This document shows, in pieces, positions 1 to 9,036 of a stretch of 39,771 bases of DNA. Positions within the stretch are counted from its first letter, which is position 1; each line of letters opens with the position of its first letter. This stretch comes from an uncultured Cytophagia bacterium. Its GTDB lineage: Bacteria > Zhuqueibacterota > Zhuqueibacteria > Oleimicrobiales > Geothermoviventaceae. Position numbers and translations under genes: made by a program. The notes beneath the pieces are model-generated. The model saw only the letters and a program-made list of their open reading frames with translations. It made no database searches and was not told the DNA's origin. Location: positions 6,115 through 45,885 of the forward strand of contig CAYXFI010000002.1 in the NCBI GenBank assembly GCA_964464205.1, in the 5' to 3' direction.

Positions 1-2249
1 AATTGCAGGACGGTCAACCACGCCAGCGTGGACTCCGCCCCCTCGTTCTGATTCACGCCGCCCGTTTCCAGCGCGTCCCGGCAGCCCCCGGTGGTAAAAT
101 CGTAGATCACTTCGTTCACGTCGTTGTCGCCTAGGAACCAGCGGAACGCCAGTCGGATCCGGTCGAACCAGCGCCTTTCGCCAGTGGCAAGGTACGCTTC
201 GTAGGCGGCGTCGGCCAGACTGGCCACTTCGACCGGTTGCTGGTCAAAGCGCGCTCGATACCCGTGCTTCGGATACCAACCCTCGTTGCCCACCACGCTG
301 ATGAAGCCGGTGTTCTCGTTTGTCTCCACAGCGAACAGCCAGTCCAACGCCCGGAGCCCTTCCCGGACCCACTCTTGCACACCCAGCACCCGACCGGCGG
401 CCAGCAATGCCTGGGGCATGCGGCCGTTGTCGTAGGTCAGAATGTCCTCAAACCAATACCACTCCGGCTCCGCGTGATTTCGAAGCATCTCGAGGAGGCG
501 CGTACACAATTCCTCAGCCACCGCCCTAGCATTCCGCGCCCCTGCGAAACGGGTCAGAACGTAAGTGGCCCCCAGGGCTGCGAAGGCCATGGGACGCGGC
601 GCCTCGAACTCCAGCGCCGCCTCCAGCGACTCGTTGAACAGCCTCGTGGCAAAAGCCAGAATAGAGTCGCTCGGAGAGTGACCGATCACGTAGCCCAGAG
701 CCTGCAGAGCTCGGCCCTGCGCATCTTCACTCCCCACTTCTTCCAGCCACTGCCGATCGTAGGACATCAAGTTCCGGAATCTCCGTTTTTCGGGATTGTA
801 CGCGAATCGCAAAAAGGACAAATACCGGTACAGAAACGGCAAGATCTCGGGATCCCGGCGGAGTTTCCAGTGCATCGTAGCCACGATAGCGGCACGAGCG
901 TTGTCGTCCGTGCAGTACCCGAAGTTCGGATCGGGTACGGTGTAGATGGCATGTTGCAGAATCCCCGTATCATCCGTGAGAACCCGCAGGTGCCGCAGAT
1001 TGATCTCCGGCAGACTGGGATTCGGGATCGCCTTGGCGCGAATGAGTGCCCTCGTCGCCTGCCTGCCGTAGATCTCCACCGCGCGGTGCAAGATCCGCAG
1101 ATACTCGCGGCCCACCTCTCTCCAGACCATCTGGCGCCCGAACTGGTAGGCGTTCTTCCTGATGCGGTTGCGTCTGTTCTCGTCCCGCAGCAATTCCAAC
1201 AGGGCTTCACTCAACGGTTCCTCATCCCGGAAGGGAACCAGGATGCCACGTTCATCGGCGAGCATCTCTTCGGCGTAGTAGTACGGCGTCGAAATGATCG
1301 CCTTGCCCGTGGCAATGGCGTACGTCAACGTTCCGGAGACGATCTGCTCCTTCGACAGGTAGGGCGTCACGTAGATGTCGGAAGCGATCAGGAAACGCAA
1401 CAGCTCTTCCAGCGACACGTACTGATTGCGGAAGATCACATGTTCCTCAAGGCCGAGCCGTTCGACGAGTCTCACCAGAGAGAGACGATATTCTTCGCCG
1501 TGGACTTTTTTCACCTCCGGGTGAGTCGCCCCGAGGACCACGTAGGCGACGTCGGGAAACTCTTCCACCACGCGCGGTAGGGCGCGGATCACGTACTCGA
1601 TGCCCTTATTGGGGTTCAAGAGGCCGAAGGTGAGAACCACCTTGCGACCCTCCAGTTGAAACTGATCCTTGTAGTACGAGGGATCCAGAAAAGGCACGTC
1701 GGGGGCTCCGTGGTGGATCAGGACGATCTTCTCCTCCGGGACCTCGTACACCTCCCGCAGAATGTCGAAAGCTTTGCGAGCCATGACCACCACAAGCGTA
1801 CTGAGCGAACAAATCTCCTGGAGAACTTTCTTCTGCTTCTCGTCGAACGGTTCCCGGAGCACTGTGTGGAGGGTGGTCACCGCGGGCTTCTTCAGATTAC
1901 CCAGCAGGGCGAGCAAATGCGACCCATGCTCGCCCCCGTAGATGCCGAATTCGTGCTGGATCGACACCACCTCGGTGGGCGACACGTTCAGGTAGTCGGC
2001 CGCCTCCCGGTAGTCCGCCTTGTACTGCTCACGGATCTCGAAACGCACCTCGGGACCGTAGGGGTAACCTTCGGGCGTGTTGGTGATAGCCACAATGCCA
2101 AGCGCCCGATCCGAACTCAAGCGCTCTTCACGCTCCTCGGCAATCGCCGCCGCCAGGTCGTGCGTGAACGTTGCGATCCCGCATCGACGGGGTACGTAGC
2201 TACTCACAAAACAGATATTCAAATCGTTCAGCTGCTCCGCAGCGCGCAT
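1..2249 (-). CDS. GT4-like (GT-B, group 1) glycosyltransferase fused to a ~330-aa C-terminal extension; 3' end runs off the window (partial)
   Basis: Absent from the supplied ORF track because it has no stop inside the window. Hand translation of the minus strand from ATG 2249-2247 (context GGAGG-GGAAA-ATG) stays open down to position 3. It reads MRAAEQLNDLNICFVSSYVPRRCGIATFTHDLAAAI...VVSIQHEFGIYGGEHG...EKIVLIHHGAPDVPF...VLTFGLLNPNKGIEYVIRAL...ASDIYVTPYLSKEQIVSGTLTYAIATGKAIISTPYYYAEEML, a typical GT4 pattern. It continues as ...LRVLTDDTGILQHAIYTVPDPNFGYCTDDNARA...YDNGRMPQALL... to the edge. The 447-aa plus ORF 237..1580 is its antisense shadow. Confidence 0.85.
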   Translation of the reverse strand, partial: MRAAEQLNDLNICFVSSYVPRRCGIATFTHDLAAAIAEEREERLSSDRALGIVAITNTPEGYPYGPEVRFEIREQYKADYREAADYLNVSPTEVVSIQHEFGIYGGEHGSHLLALLGNLKKPAVTTLHTVLREPFDEKQKKVLQEICSLSTLVVVMARKAFDILREVYEVPEEKIVLIHHGAPDVPFLDPSYYKDQFQLEGRKVVLTFGLLNPNKGIEYVIRALPRVVEEFPDVAYVVLGATHPEVKKVHGEEYRLSLVRLVERLGLEEHVIFRNQYVSLEELLRFLIASDIYVTPYLSKEQIVSGTLTYAIATGKAIISTPYYYAEEMLADERGILVPFRDEEPLSEALLELLRDENRRNRIRKNAYQFGRQMVWREVGREYLRILHRAVEIYGRQATRALIRAKAIPNPSLPEINLRHLRVLTDDTGILQHAIYTVPDPNFGYCTDDNARAAIVATMHWKLRRDPEILPFLYRYLSFLRFAYNPEKRRFRNLMSYDRQWLEEVGSEDAQGRALQALGYVIGHSPSDSILAFATRLFNESLEAALEFEAPRPMAFAALGATYVLTRFAGARNARAVAEELCTRLLEMLRNHAEPEWYWFEDILTYDNGRMPQALLAAGRVLGVQEWVREGLRALDWLFAVETNENTGFISVVGNEGWYPKHGYRARFDQQPVEVASLADAAYEAYLATGERRWFDRIRLAFRWFLGDNDVNEVIYDFTTGGCRDALETGGVNQNEGAESTLAWLTVLQ

Positions 2250-2793
2250 TTTCCCCTCCGTGGTTTCTGGTCGTCTCATTCGTTGTCGAAGTTGCCGATG
2301 TGAGAACGCTACAGCAGTGCGGAACTAACAAGGGGACTACAAACGGCGTGTGACGAATATTGCTAGGAAAACACCCCACAAAGCCATCCAATCTTTTCCA
2401 ACGCACGCGTAGCAGGCCGCGTTCCCGCCTCGCGCGGACTCCCGTGACACCACGTGCCAATCAGGGCACGAAGCAGTACGTCTCCTCTCGCCAACGCTCG
2501 ATCGCGCACCGAAATACACTCCTCGTCGAACGAGCACCCGCGCCCTTCGTCACCTCGGGCGGCTGCTCCCGGAGACGTGCCCCCTGCATCCCAGGGACTC
2601 ACGGGTTACTCACGTCACTCGCGAGCGCATCCCTGTGCATTAGTCCCTACGCCTGCGACAGGCCTGCCACCTACATTCCATCGACTTTGCTCAATCGCCG
2701 GGCCAGGTTATTCCCGCAGATCAATCGCGCGCCGTTGGGCGACAGAAGCCTGAACGTCCCTACCGCAAACCGGGGATCGGCCGACAGCCGTAG

Positions 2794-2822
2794 AAAAAAG
2801 CCGCATCCTCATTGGATGCGGC
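2794..2822 (-). terminator. Rho-independent terminator downstream of the T9SS-sorted protein gene
   Basis: Minus strand reads GCCGCATCC-AATGA-GGATGCGGC followed directly by TTTTTT. This is a 9-bp perfect GC-rich stem (2800-2808 pairing with 2814-2822), a 5-nt loop, and a T6 tract (complement of A2794-A2799). It starts 33 nt after the TAG stop at 2855-2857. Confidence 0.65.
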
Positions 2823-2854
2823 TTCGGAGACCTGCCCCTGGCAAGTAGGTACGC

Positions 2855-5656
2855 CTATTTCAGTAGCGTCGCCTTGGTCACGAAGCGCTTTTCGCCAGCG
2901 CGCATCACGACCACGTACACGCCCGATGCAACCGGTTCACCCAGCTCGTTGGTCCCATCCCAGCACACCATGTACCTTCCGGGCGGCACCGTCTTCTGCA
3001 CGAGCACCTTCACGCGCCGCCCCATTGCGTCAAACACGGTCAATGTCACCCGAGCGCGCTGGGGCACATCGTAACGAAGCGCCGTTTCGGGATTGAAGGG
3101 GTTGGGAAAGGCGCGATGGAGGGCGAAACGAGTGGGTAGAGAACCCTCGGACAGACGAGCCACCCCGGTCCCCGGCCCAAGCCTGAACTCGAGCCCAAAC
3201 ATCGCATCACCCTGGTGTAACTGGAGCACCTGAGCTGAGTCACGGCTCACGCCGCCGGGGTACCACCCGGTGCCGTAGCCCTCGGCCGAGGCGCTCACGT
3301 AGTACTCGCCGGGCGGTATGGGTGCGATGAAGAAGTAGCCCGAGCTGTCGGTGTAAGCCTCGTAGAAGGCGGTTCCATCCACCGCTTCTGCAACCACGTG
3401 AGCATCCGGTATGCCCATCCAGTACGTCGTGTCGATCACGGTGCCCGCAATGGCCGCACCCCACAGGAGCGCAAAATCGATGCCTTCGGTGTACTGGAGT
3501 GTCTGCACCACTACGGTATCCCCGGGCTCCCAGGGGAATTGATTGAGATACCGCTGGGGGATGTAGCCTTTCTCCCAGCAGGTCGCCTCGACGTGGTAGC
3601 TTCCGGCAGGAAGCCCGCGCAGCACGTAGGTGCCATTTTCGTCCGTCCAGGCGTTCCACCATTGCCACGGCTCCGAGACGTTCCAGGCGTGGACGTCGCA
3701 CTCGGGAAGGGGCTCGCCCGTGTTGGCATCCGTGACCACACCCGTGATTGCACCGCCGGGTTCCAGGTGAAAGTCGATGCCCCACGTCGTGTCTGCGGGG
3801 AAAACCGGCACTAGGGCAGCAGCACCGTACTCCGATGTGTCCGGATAGAAGGCACGGGCCCAGAAGTCACCCAGTGCCCACACGCGGTAGTTTCCCGGGA
3901 TGAGACCCTCCAGGAGATACGAGCCATCGTCCGCGGTCCAAGTCTCCGCGTGCCAGTGCATGCCGCTGTCCGTCTCCGCCACGACCTCCACTCCACCCAG
4001 GGGGTTCCCGTCCACGTCGTACACGTATCCGGCGATGTAGCCAGACACAAAAGGCTCCAGGGAGAAATCCACCTGCACTGACGCGTCAGCCACGTTCACG
4101 GTGTCCCAATCCGGGAAATAGCCTTCCGCATAACAATTCACCTCGTAGAACCCGTTCATCACCGGGATATTGTAGTAGCCGTCCTCGTCCGTTTCGCCCC
4201 CCTCAGCGAACGTGTCGCTCTGCGCCCAAACCCACGCGTGCTCGATCGGATCACCCGTCGAGGCATCGACCACATACCCGAAAATTTCCCCTTGGGCTCT
4301 GAGCAGGTCAATGCGAATGTCTTGTTCGCCAGGCTTCACAGGCCGATCATCGCCTCGCACGAAGTAGCCCTCGGGAACGAATTCCTCGTCCACCGATAGC
4401 CAGTAGCCTCGTTCAACCCCAGAGTACACCGGGATCGAGAAGTAGCCGTTGATGTCCGTCCAGCCGTAGCTGTAGGCGATCTCGGACCAGGCGTGCAGGC
4501 GAGCTCCCGGCTTGGGCAGCCCGTCCTGATACACGTATCCTTCGATGCTGCTGTCGTTCTGGTATGCTGGGAGGAACACGTCGAGCGTGTCGCCGAGCAC
4601 CATCACCGTGTCGATGCCATGCCCGCTAGAGTAGGTCGGCCACAACTGGTCGCTGTCCACATCGATCCACACGCGCTGTCCGCCCATGCCACCGAGGACG
4701 GCCACACCGGTGGAATCCGTCACTGCCTCACTCCCGGGCCCCTCCGCCCCCGCGTACACGCTCACGCCCGGCACCGGCGCAGCGTACTGATCTTGCACCG
4801 TAACCCGGACCCAGGCGTTCGCCATTGCCATTTCAAGCGATAAGCCGGATACGTGCCCATCCACGAAGACCGTAGCGGGAAACGAGAACAAGTACCCGCC
4901 CGTCACGCCCATGAAATCGTAGGCCATCACCATCGCCGTATCGTTGGCCAGGGGCTCCGGGACCGGAATGTAGAAATGCCCGGACGTATCCGTGAAGGTG
5001 GCGATGATCATCTCCTCCGTCCCCTCCACCTCAGCCCCGGGGAACATCGCCAATACGACGATGCCTGGTGTAAGCGGCGGCAGCGTGACGTCGCCGGAAA
5101 TCGAGTAGTCCGTTGCAGGCTCGGTCACCGAAATCACACAAGTCTCCCATTCACCGGACGACTCGAGCGCCAAGATGTACTGAGTGACGGCCGGAAAAAC
5201 GCCCAGCGATGGGAACGTGACGCGGAAGGAGCCCACCGAGGGGTCTTCGTCCATGTCGCTGTTGTCGACGAAAGCTCCGCCACTGTCGACCTCTTTGTCC
5301 GCCTGCGAAATGAGGCTATCGCCGTCGACGTCGATGAACAGATGGACGTACGCGATCGACTCGCCTCCGTCGAAGGCGAATTCCACGGTCACCGTGTCCC
5401 CCAGCGCAAAGCTCGACGGGTTCTGACCGTTCACCAACAGATTGGAAACCGAGGTCTGCCGTACCTCGCCGAATCGGTTGGCCCGCAGGAAGGACCACAT
5501 CTTGGCCGGCCTGTGTCTAGCGGCCGTTTTGGTCATCACCCGGGCTCTCTCAAGCTGGACAAGCGAACGCGTCTTGTACCCGTGGGCACCAAAAGCAACG
5601 CCCCCAAACACGGCGATCGTCAGTGCAGCAACAACCAGGCTGTTCCTTCGGCTCAT
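2855..5656 (-). CDS. Secreted protein with repeated carboxypeptidase-regulatory-like (CarboxypepD_reg) beta-sandwich domains and a T9SS (Por) C-terminal sorting domain
   Basis: 933-aa ORF with ATG 5656 preceded by AGGAGG-TGAACG. N-terminal signal/anchor MSRRNSLVVAALTIAVFGGVAFGAHG. Recurring units such as GYVYDVDGNPLGGVEVVAE, GVVTDANTGEPLPECDVHAWN and GYFFIAPIPPGEYYVSASAEGY. C-terminus FPNPFNPETALRYDVPQRARVTLTVFDAMGRRVKVLV...GRYMVCWDGTNELGEPVASGVYVVVMRAGEKRFVTKATLLK matches the Por_Secre_tail pattern. Stop is TAG. Confidence 0.9.
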   Translation of the reverse strand: MSRRNSLVVAALTIAVFGGVAFGAHGYKTRSLVQLERARVMTKTAARHRPAKMWSFLRANRFGEVRQTSVSNLLVNGQNPSSFALGDTVTVEFAFDGGESIAYVHLFIDVDGDSLISQADKEVDSGGAFVDNSDMDEDPSVGSFRVTFPSLGVFPAVTQYILALESSGEWETCVISVTEPATDYSISGDVTLPPLTPGIVVLAMFPGAEVEGTEEMIIATFTDTSGHFYIPVPEPLANDTAMVMAYDFMGVTGGYLFSFPATVFVDGHVSGLSLEMAMANAWVRVTVQDQYAAPVPGVSVYAGAEGPGSEAVTDSTGVAVLGGMGGQRVWIDVDSDQLWPTYSSGHGIDTVMVLGDTLDVFLPAYQNDSSIEGYVYQDGLPKPGARLHAWSEIAYSYGWTDINGYFSIPVYSGVERGYWLSVDEEFVPEGYFVRGDDRPVKPGEQDIRIDLLRAQGEIFGYVVDASTGDPIEHAWVWAQSDTFAEGGETDEDGYYNIPVMNGFYEVNCYAEGYFPDWDTVNVADASVQVDFSLEPFVSGYIAGYVYDVDGNPLGGVEVVAETDSGMHWHAETWTADDGSYLLEGLIPGNYRVWALGDFWARAFYPDTSEYGAAALVPVFPADTTWGIDFHLEPGGAITGVVTDANTGEPLPECDVHAWNVSEPWQWWNAWTDENGTYVLRGLPAGSYHVEATCWEKGYIPQRYLNQFPWEPGDTVVVQTLQYTEGIDFALLWGAAIAGTVIDTTYWMGIPDAHVVAEAVDGTAFYEAYTDSSGYFFIAPIPPGEYYVSASAEGYGTGWYPGGVSRDSAQVLQLHQGDAMFGLEFRLGPGTGVARLSEGSLPTRFALHRAFPNPFNPETALRYDVPQRARVTLTVFDAMGRRVKVLVQKTVPPGRYMVCWDGTNELGEPVASGVYVVVMRAGEKRFVTKATLLK

Positions 5657-5952
5657 CGTTCACCTCCTGTGCTCCCTTGCTGCAGCTCCTCTTGGGTGAG
5701 ACGCTCCCAACCTACCACGCTACCCCGGGGGCCCTGGAACCATGCCACAACCCCCGTTCGCAGTGCAGCCGCTCGCTTTTCGACCACGACCGGACGAGAC
5801 GCGACCGCATTCCCGCCCGCAGAATCCCGGATGTCAGCGAGCCTGCAAGACCCGTGCCTGTGACAACGCGGAAAGGGTTCCCCTCACAGCCACTTCTCCG
5901 TCGCTGCATTCCGTAGCCGGTTTTCCCCGTGGTGGTTCACGAGCCGCCCCCT

Positions 5953-6930
5953 TCACAGTTCGGCGATCGCTTCCATTGTGGTCCGCTCCACCCGGGCGAT
6001 TTCCTGCAGGAGGCGACTGGCTTCGCGCAACAGCGAGTCCACTCTGTTGTTGCCGTAGGCCACCTCGCGCAGCGTGGACACCACCCCGCGCCAGTACACC
6101 ATCACCCGACCCGTGGCTCGCACGGATTCTTCGATCACCCTGCAGGGGAGAATATCGAATGCCTCGATGAGGAATTTCCGGTACAGCCCCCGATAGCCGT
6201 CACCCCCGGCGTAGGGATGAGTCCAGCTCTGCACGAACACGTTGGCGGCCATGCTCACGTCTCGCAGGCGATCGGGCCAGAGTACCACGTCCACAGCGAA
6301 CCTCTCGATTCCACGCACACCGAGGTACGGCACCGGTGGGTCCAATACTTCGGCCGCGTGTCTCCGCATGGAAGCCCGTAAGATGTGGGGCATGTTACCG
6401 GGCACGTGCTGGGGCCGAATGACCACGGCTTGAGGGGTTCCCCGGGCCAACCATTGGTGGAATGCGCGGTTCAACGGGACCAGGGAAGGCTCCTCCTCCG
6501 AAGCATTGGCGACGGCGAGATAGTCGCCCCTTTCCACGCCCAACACGACTAAGTAATCGGACTCGAGAGCCCCCGCCAGTAGGGAGGAATCGTCGATTCC
6601 CACCCGGACCATCACGGGATACCCGGCGGCCAGCTCCCGGTGGATGAAGCTGCGGGCGAGATCAAGGGTGGGCAGTTCCACCACGTCGCAGCGGGCCCCG
6701 AACAGCTCCGTGACGTTTTTCACGATGCCGTCCGGCTTGATCCTCCCCCGAATCAGTGGAGCCGCCATCTTCCGGCCCTGCCAGTAGATGAAATTCAACC
6801 CCCGGCCCAATCCGAACAGGAAAGCCTCGCTGAAATCAAACCCGAAGCAATGCAGAGCGTTTGAGAGAGCGGTGCTCTCGGGATGCGTACCGATCCGCTG
6901 GCGACCATTCGGCAGAACCGTCGTCGTCAT
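5953..6930 (-). CDS. BtrH_N (peptidase C39-like) / DUF4872 family protein
   Basis: 325-aa ORF with ATG 6930 preceded by GTGAGGAAACGGA. N-terminus THPESTALSNALHCFGFDFSEAFLFGLGRGLNFIYW resembles the BtrH_N signature (G-x-H-C-E-S/T-x-A-L ... FGLGxGLxFxYW), but Pro sits where I expect the Cys. The remainder is of DUF4872-like length. Confidence 0.7.
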   Translation of the reverse strand: MTTTVLPNGRQRIGTHPESTALSNALHCFGFDFSEAFLFGLGRGLNFIYWQGRKMAAPLIRGRIKPDGIVKNVTELFGARCDVVELPTLDLARSFIHRELAAGYPVMVRVGIDDSSLLAGALESDYLVVLGVERGDYLAVANASEEEPSLVPLNRAFHQWLARGTPQAVVIRPQHVPGNMPHILRASMRRHAAEVLDPPVPYLGVRGIERFAVDVVLWPDRLRDVSMAANVFVQSWTHPYAGGDGYRGLYRKFLIEAFDILPCRVIEESVRATGRVMVYWRGVVSTLREVAYGNNRVDSLLREASRLLQEIARVERTTMEAIAEL

Positions 6931-7033
6931 TCCGTTTCCTCACCTGCAGCGATTTGTACGGTCCCATCACGACCATGTCGAACGTCACACCCTTGCGCAC
7001 CGCTTCCCCTCGGAGCACCTTGGTCATTCGGCA

Positions 7034-8704
7034 TCAGCGATGGCGCCACCGTCCCTGTGAGGGCAGGTATCGGTGGTCCAGCGGATCGTCGAAGTCGTCG
7101 TCCGGCTGGCTCAGCTCTACGCGCGGCCCATTCGCCGCTGGTTTCAGCGTCGTCGCAGACACATCCTCCACCCTGCGCACGGTCGGTGCTGCCTCGCCCA
7201 GGGACTCCGGTTCCGAAGGCTGATGTTTGTAGCCGACGTCGCCTACCCGCAGTTCCGTCTCGACAAACTTCTCAACGACTTTGATACCCGACAGTCTGTC
7301 GAACACCTTCAGCACTCGCGCAAGACCCAGCTCGTATTCCCCGTCCGGTACCGGGCGTTTGAGCAACAGCAGATCGCCCACACGGAGCCCGTGATCCAAA
7401 CCGCGGTCAATCACCGCGTAATCACCTTTGACCATCACCACGCGGACCGGCGGCTCGGCGGGAGCTGATTCCTGCGGGCCCGGGCCCGACTCCGCCGCGG
7501 GTGCTGGGAGACCACTCACTTCCTCGCTCCCCCTTCTCCGCCACACAGTGACGGCCAGGAACACCACGCCGAGAGCCAAAGCCACGACCGCACCCGCCAG
7601 GATCATCGCCGCCTTGTAGAACCGATTCACGAGCGTCCGGATCTCCGGTGTAGCCGTCGCCCGCTGCGCCCCGCTGCTGGCATGCGAAGCGGGCGCAAGA
7701 GAATCCTTCGAAGCAAGCCTGAGGCCGCTGTCCGTGCGGGCCTTTTCCTGTTTCGGCTGCACGACCTTAGTCGGACGCTTGGAGTTACGCGCCACCGACG
7801 GGGCCAGGCTCCTCTTGACCCCCTGCGCGAGATGAGATTTCTGAGGCTTGAGCGCGGGCACCGTAGGTTTGGGTGCCGGCGGAGATGTGGTGGTCTTGCT
7901 CGCCTTGGGGCTCACGTCCTTGCGTGGTTTCGAGGATCCGCTACTTGCCGGCTTCGCCTGGCGAGCACTTTGCGAAGGGGCTGCTTGCCGTGTTGGCGCC
8001 ACGACCTTGCGCACCGGAACAACCACCGGCTGCGTGGTCTTCGTCTCGACCGCTTGCTCCGCTCCACGGTCCACGGTCTTCGTAGTCGCCTTGGGGACCG
8101 TTGCAGAGGGCGTCACCGCGGGGGTCGCCGAACGTGGCTGGGTCACCTTTCGGGTCTTCTGCTTTTTCGGCGGCGCTTCCTCACCCTCATCCAGGCTGCG
8201 GAGGATGGCCATCAGTCTCCGCACGGTCTCGTCTTCCGGCTGCGATCCGGATCGAGCCGAAGTGGACGCCGAGGTCGAGACTTTGGGTTCGGTCGTCTTC
8301 GTCCGCACGGTTTGTTTCGGAGCAGGGGCCGAGGGTTGAGCCTGCGGTTCCGACAGGATGCTCGCCGCCGCTTGCTCCACCCGCTGTTCACGATTCTTCG
8401 AGAGAAGCTCGGCGACGTCCACCACGCCGTCGCCGTAGTCCACTCTGCTGACCTGAGTCAGGCGAAAGGTCTGCGGCTCGGCGTAAAATGGGCTCAACTT
8501 GACCTCGACCGTGATGTAGTCGTCGCCTACTGCCTTCACCTTCCCTTTTTTGATCTCGCCGCTCTTCAGGTAGATGTCGCATTTCCTGCCCTTGGCCGGC
8601 AAAAGGGCCGACTTCACATCCTGACCGCTGGCGACTCCAGCAAGGCCAGAAACGAAACCGAGAAGAACAGCCAAGACCAGGCTCTTTCCCGCACCACGCA
8701 CCAT
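7034..8704 (-). CDS. Hypothetical bitopic membrane protein: signal peptide, small N-terminal domain, ~300-aa P/T/K/A/S-rich low-complexity region, one TM helix, ~150-aa cytoplasmic C-terminal domain
   Basis: 556-aa ORF with ATG 8704 preceded by GGAGAG-ACCAAA. Signal peptide MVRGAGKSLVLAVLLGFVSGLAGVASGQ. Low-complexity run ...PKQTVRTKTTEPKVSTSASTS...TTSPPAPKPTVPALKPQK... TM segment AAMILAGAVVALALGVVFLAVTVW followed by RRRG. C-terminal VRVVMVKGDYAVIDRGLDHGLRVGDLLLLKR... No family recognised. Confidence 0.75.
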   Translation of the reverse strand: MVRGAGKSLVLAVLLGFVSGLAGVASGQDVKSALLPAKGRKCDIYLKSGEIKKGKVKAVGDDYITVEVKLSPFYAEPQTFRLTQVSRVDYGDGVVDVAELLSKNREQRVEQAAASILSEPQAQPSAPAPKQTVRTKTTEPKVSTSASTSARSGSQPEDETVRRLMAILRSLDEGEEAPPKKQKTRKVTQPRSATPAVTPSATVPKATTKTVDRGAEQAVETKTTQPVVVPVRKVVAPTRQAAPSQSARQAKPASSGSSKPRKDVSPKASKTTTSPPAPKPTVPALKPQKSHLAQGVKRSLAPSVARNSKRPTKVVQPKQEKARTDSGLRLASKDSLAPASHASSGAQRATATPEIRTLVNRFYKAAMILAGAVVALALGVVFLAVTVWRRRGSEEVSGLPAPAAESGPGPQESAPAEPPVRVVMVKGDYAVIDRGLDHGLRVGDLLLLKRPVPDGEYELGLARVLKVFDRLSGIKVVEKFVETELRVGDVGYKHQPSEPESLGEAAPTVRRVEDVSATTLKPAANGPRVELSQPDDDFDDPLDHRYLPSQGRWRHR

Positions 8705-9036
8705 TTTGGTCTCTCCAGTGTGCCTTTCCCACTGGCGTGTTTTCGGTCACTCTCACCCTGGTATCGTCGTCCAGGGGGAAATCTTTACACTGGAGAGTCC
8801 AACCACCAGATACGGACCGTACGCAACGGTGCGTTGGTCTCGGACGCTAGCCCGATTCCCCCTGGCGAGAAAGAACCGGGCTCCCAGAGGGTAAGCTGGT
8901 CAACCCGTTTCGGGCTGTCCTTCCGCTCCGCCCTGTTAGGCTTTGCGTCCAGACCCGGAGGGGTGGGAGACAACGTGGAATGCGTGTATCGAGGAGAAAG
9001 TGGAGGGTCCCGCCCGCACCACTGTGGACGCAGCCC

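Noticed and set aside
237-1580. 447-aa plus-strand ORF, the longest track entry in the first 2 kb
   Set aside because: The translation is H/R/Q/P/V-rich and not protein-like, with a TTG start and no RBS. It lies exactly antisense to the GT4 gene, which I could translate continuously on the minus strand. This is a shadow ORF typical of high-GC DNA.
6836-7027. 63-aa minus-strand ORF (MTKVLRGEAVRKGVTFDMVVMGPYK...) filling the gap between the 556-aa gene and the BtrH-like gene
   Set aside because: The first ~30 residues look passable. However, there is no RBS, and the ORF overlaps the BtrH-like start by 95 nt in another frame. The BtrH-like frame has a TGA three codons upstream of its ATG, so this is not a frameshifted N-terminus either.
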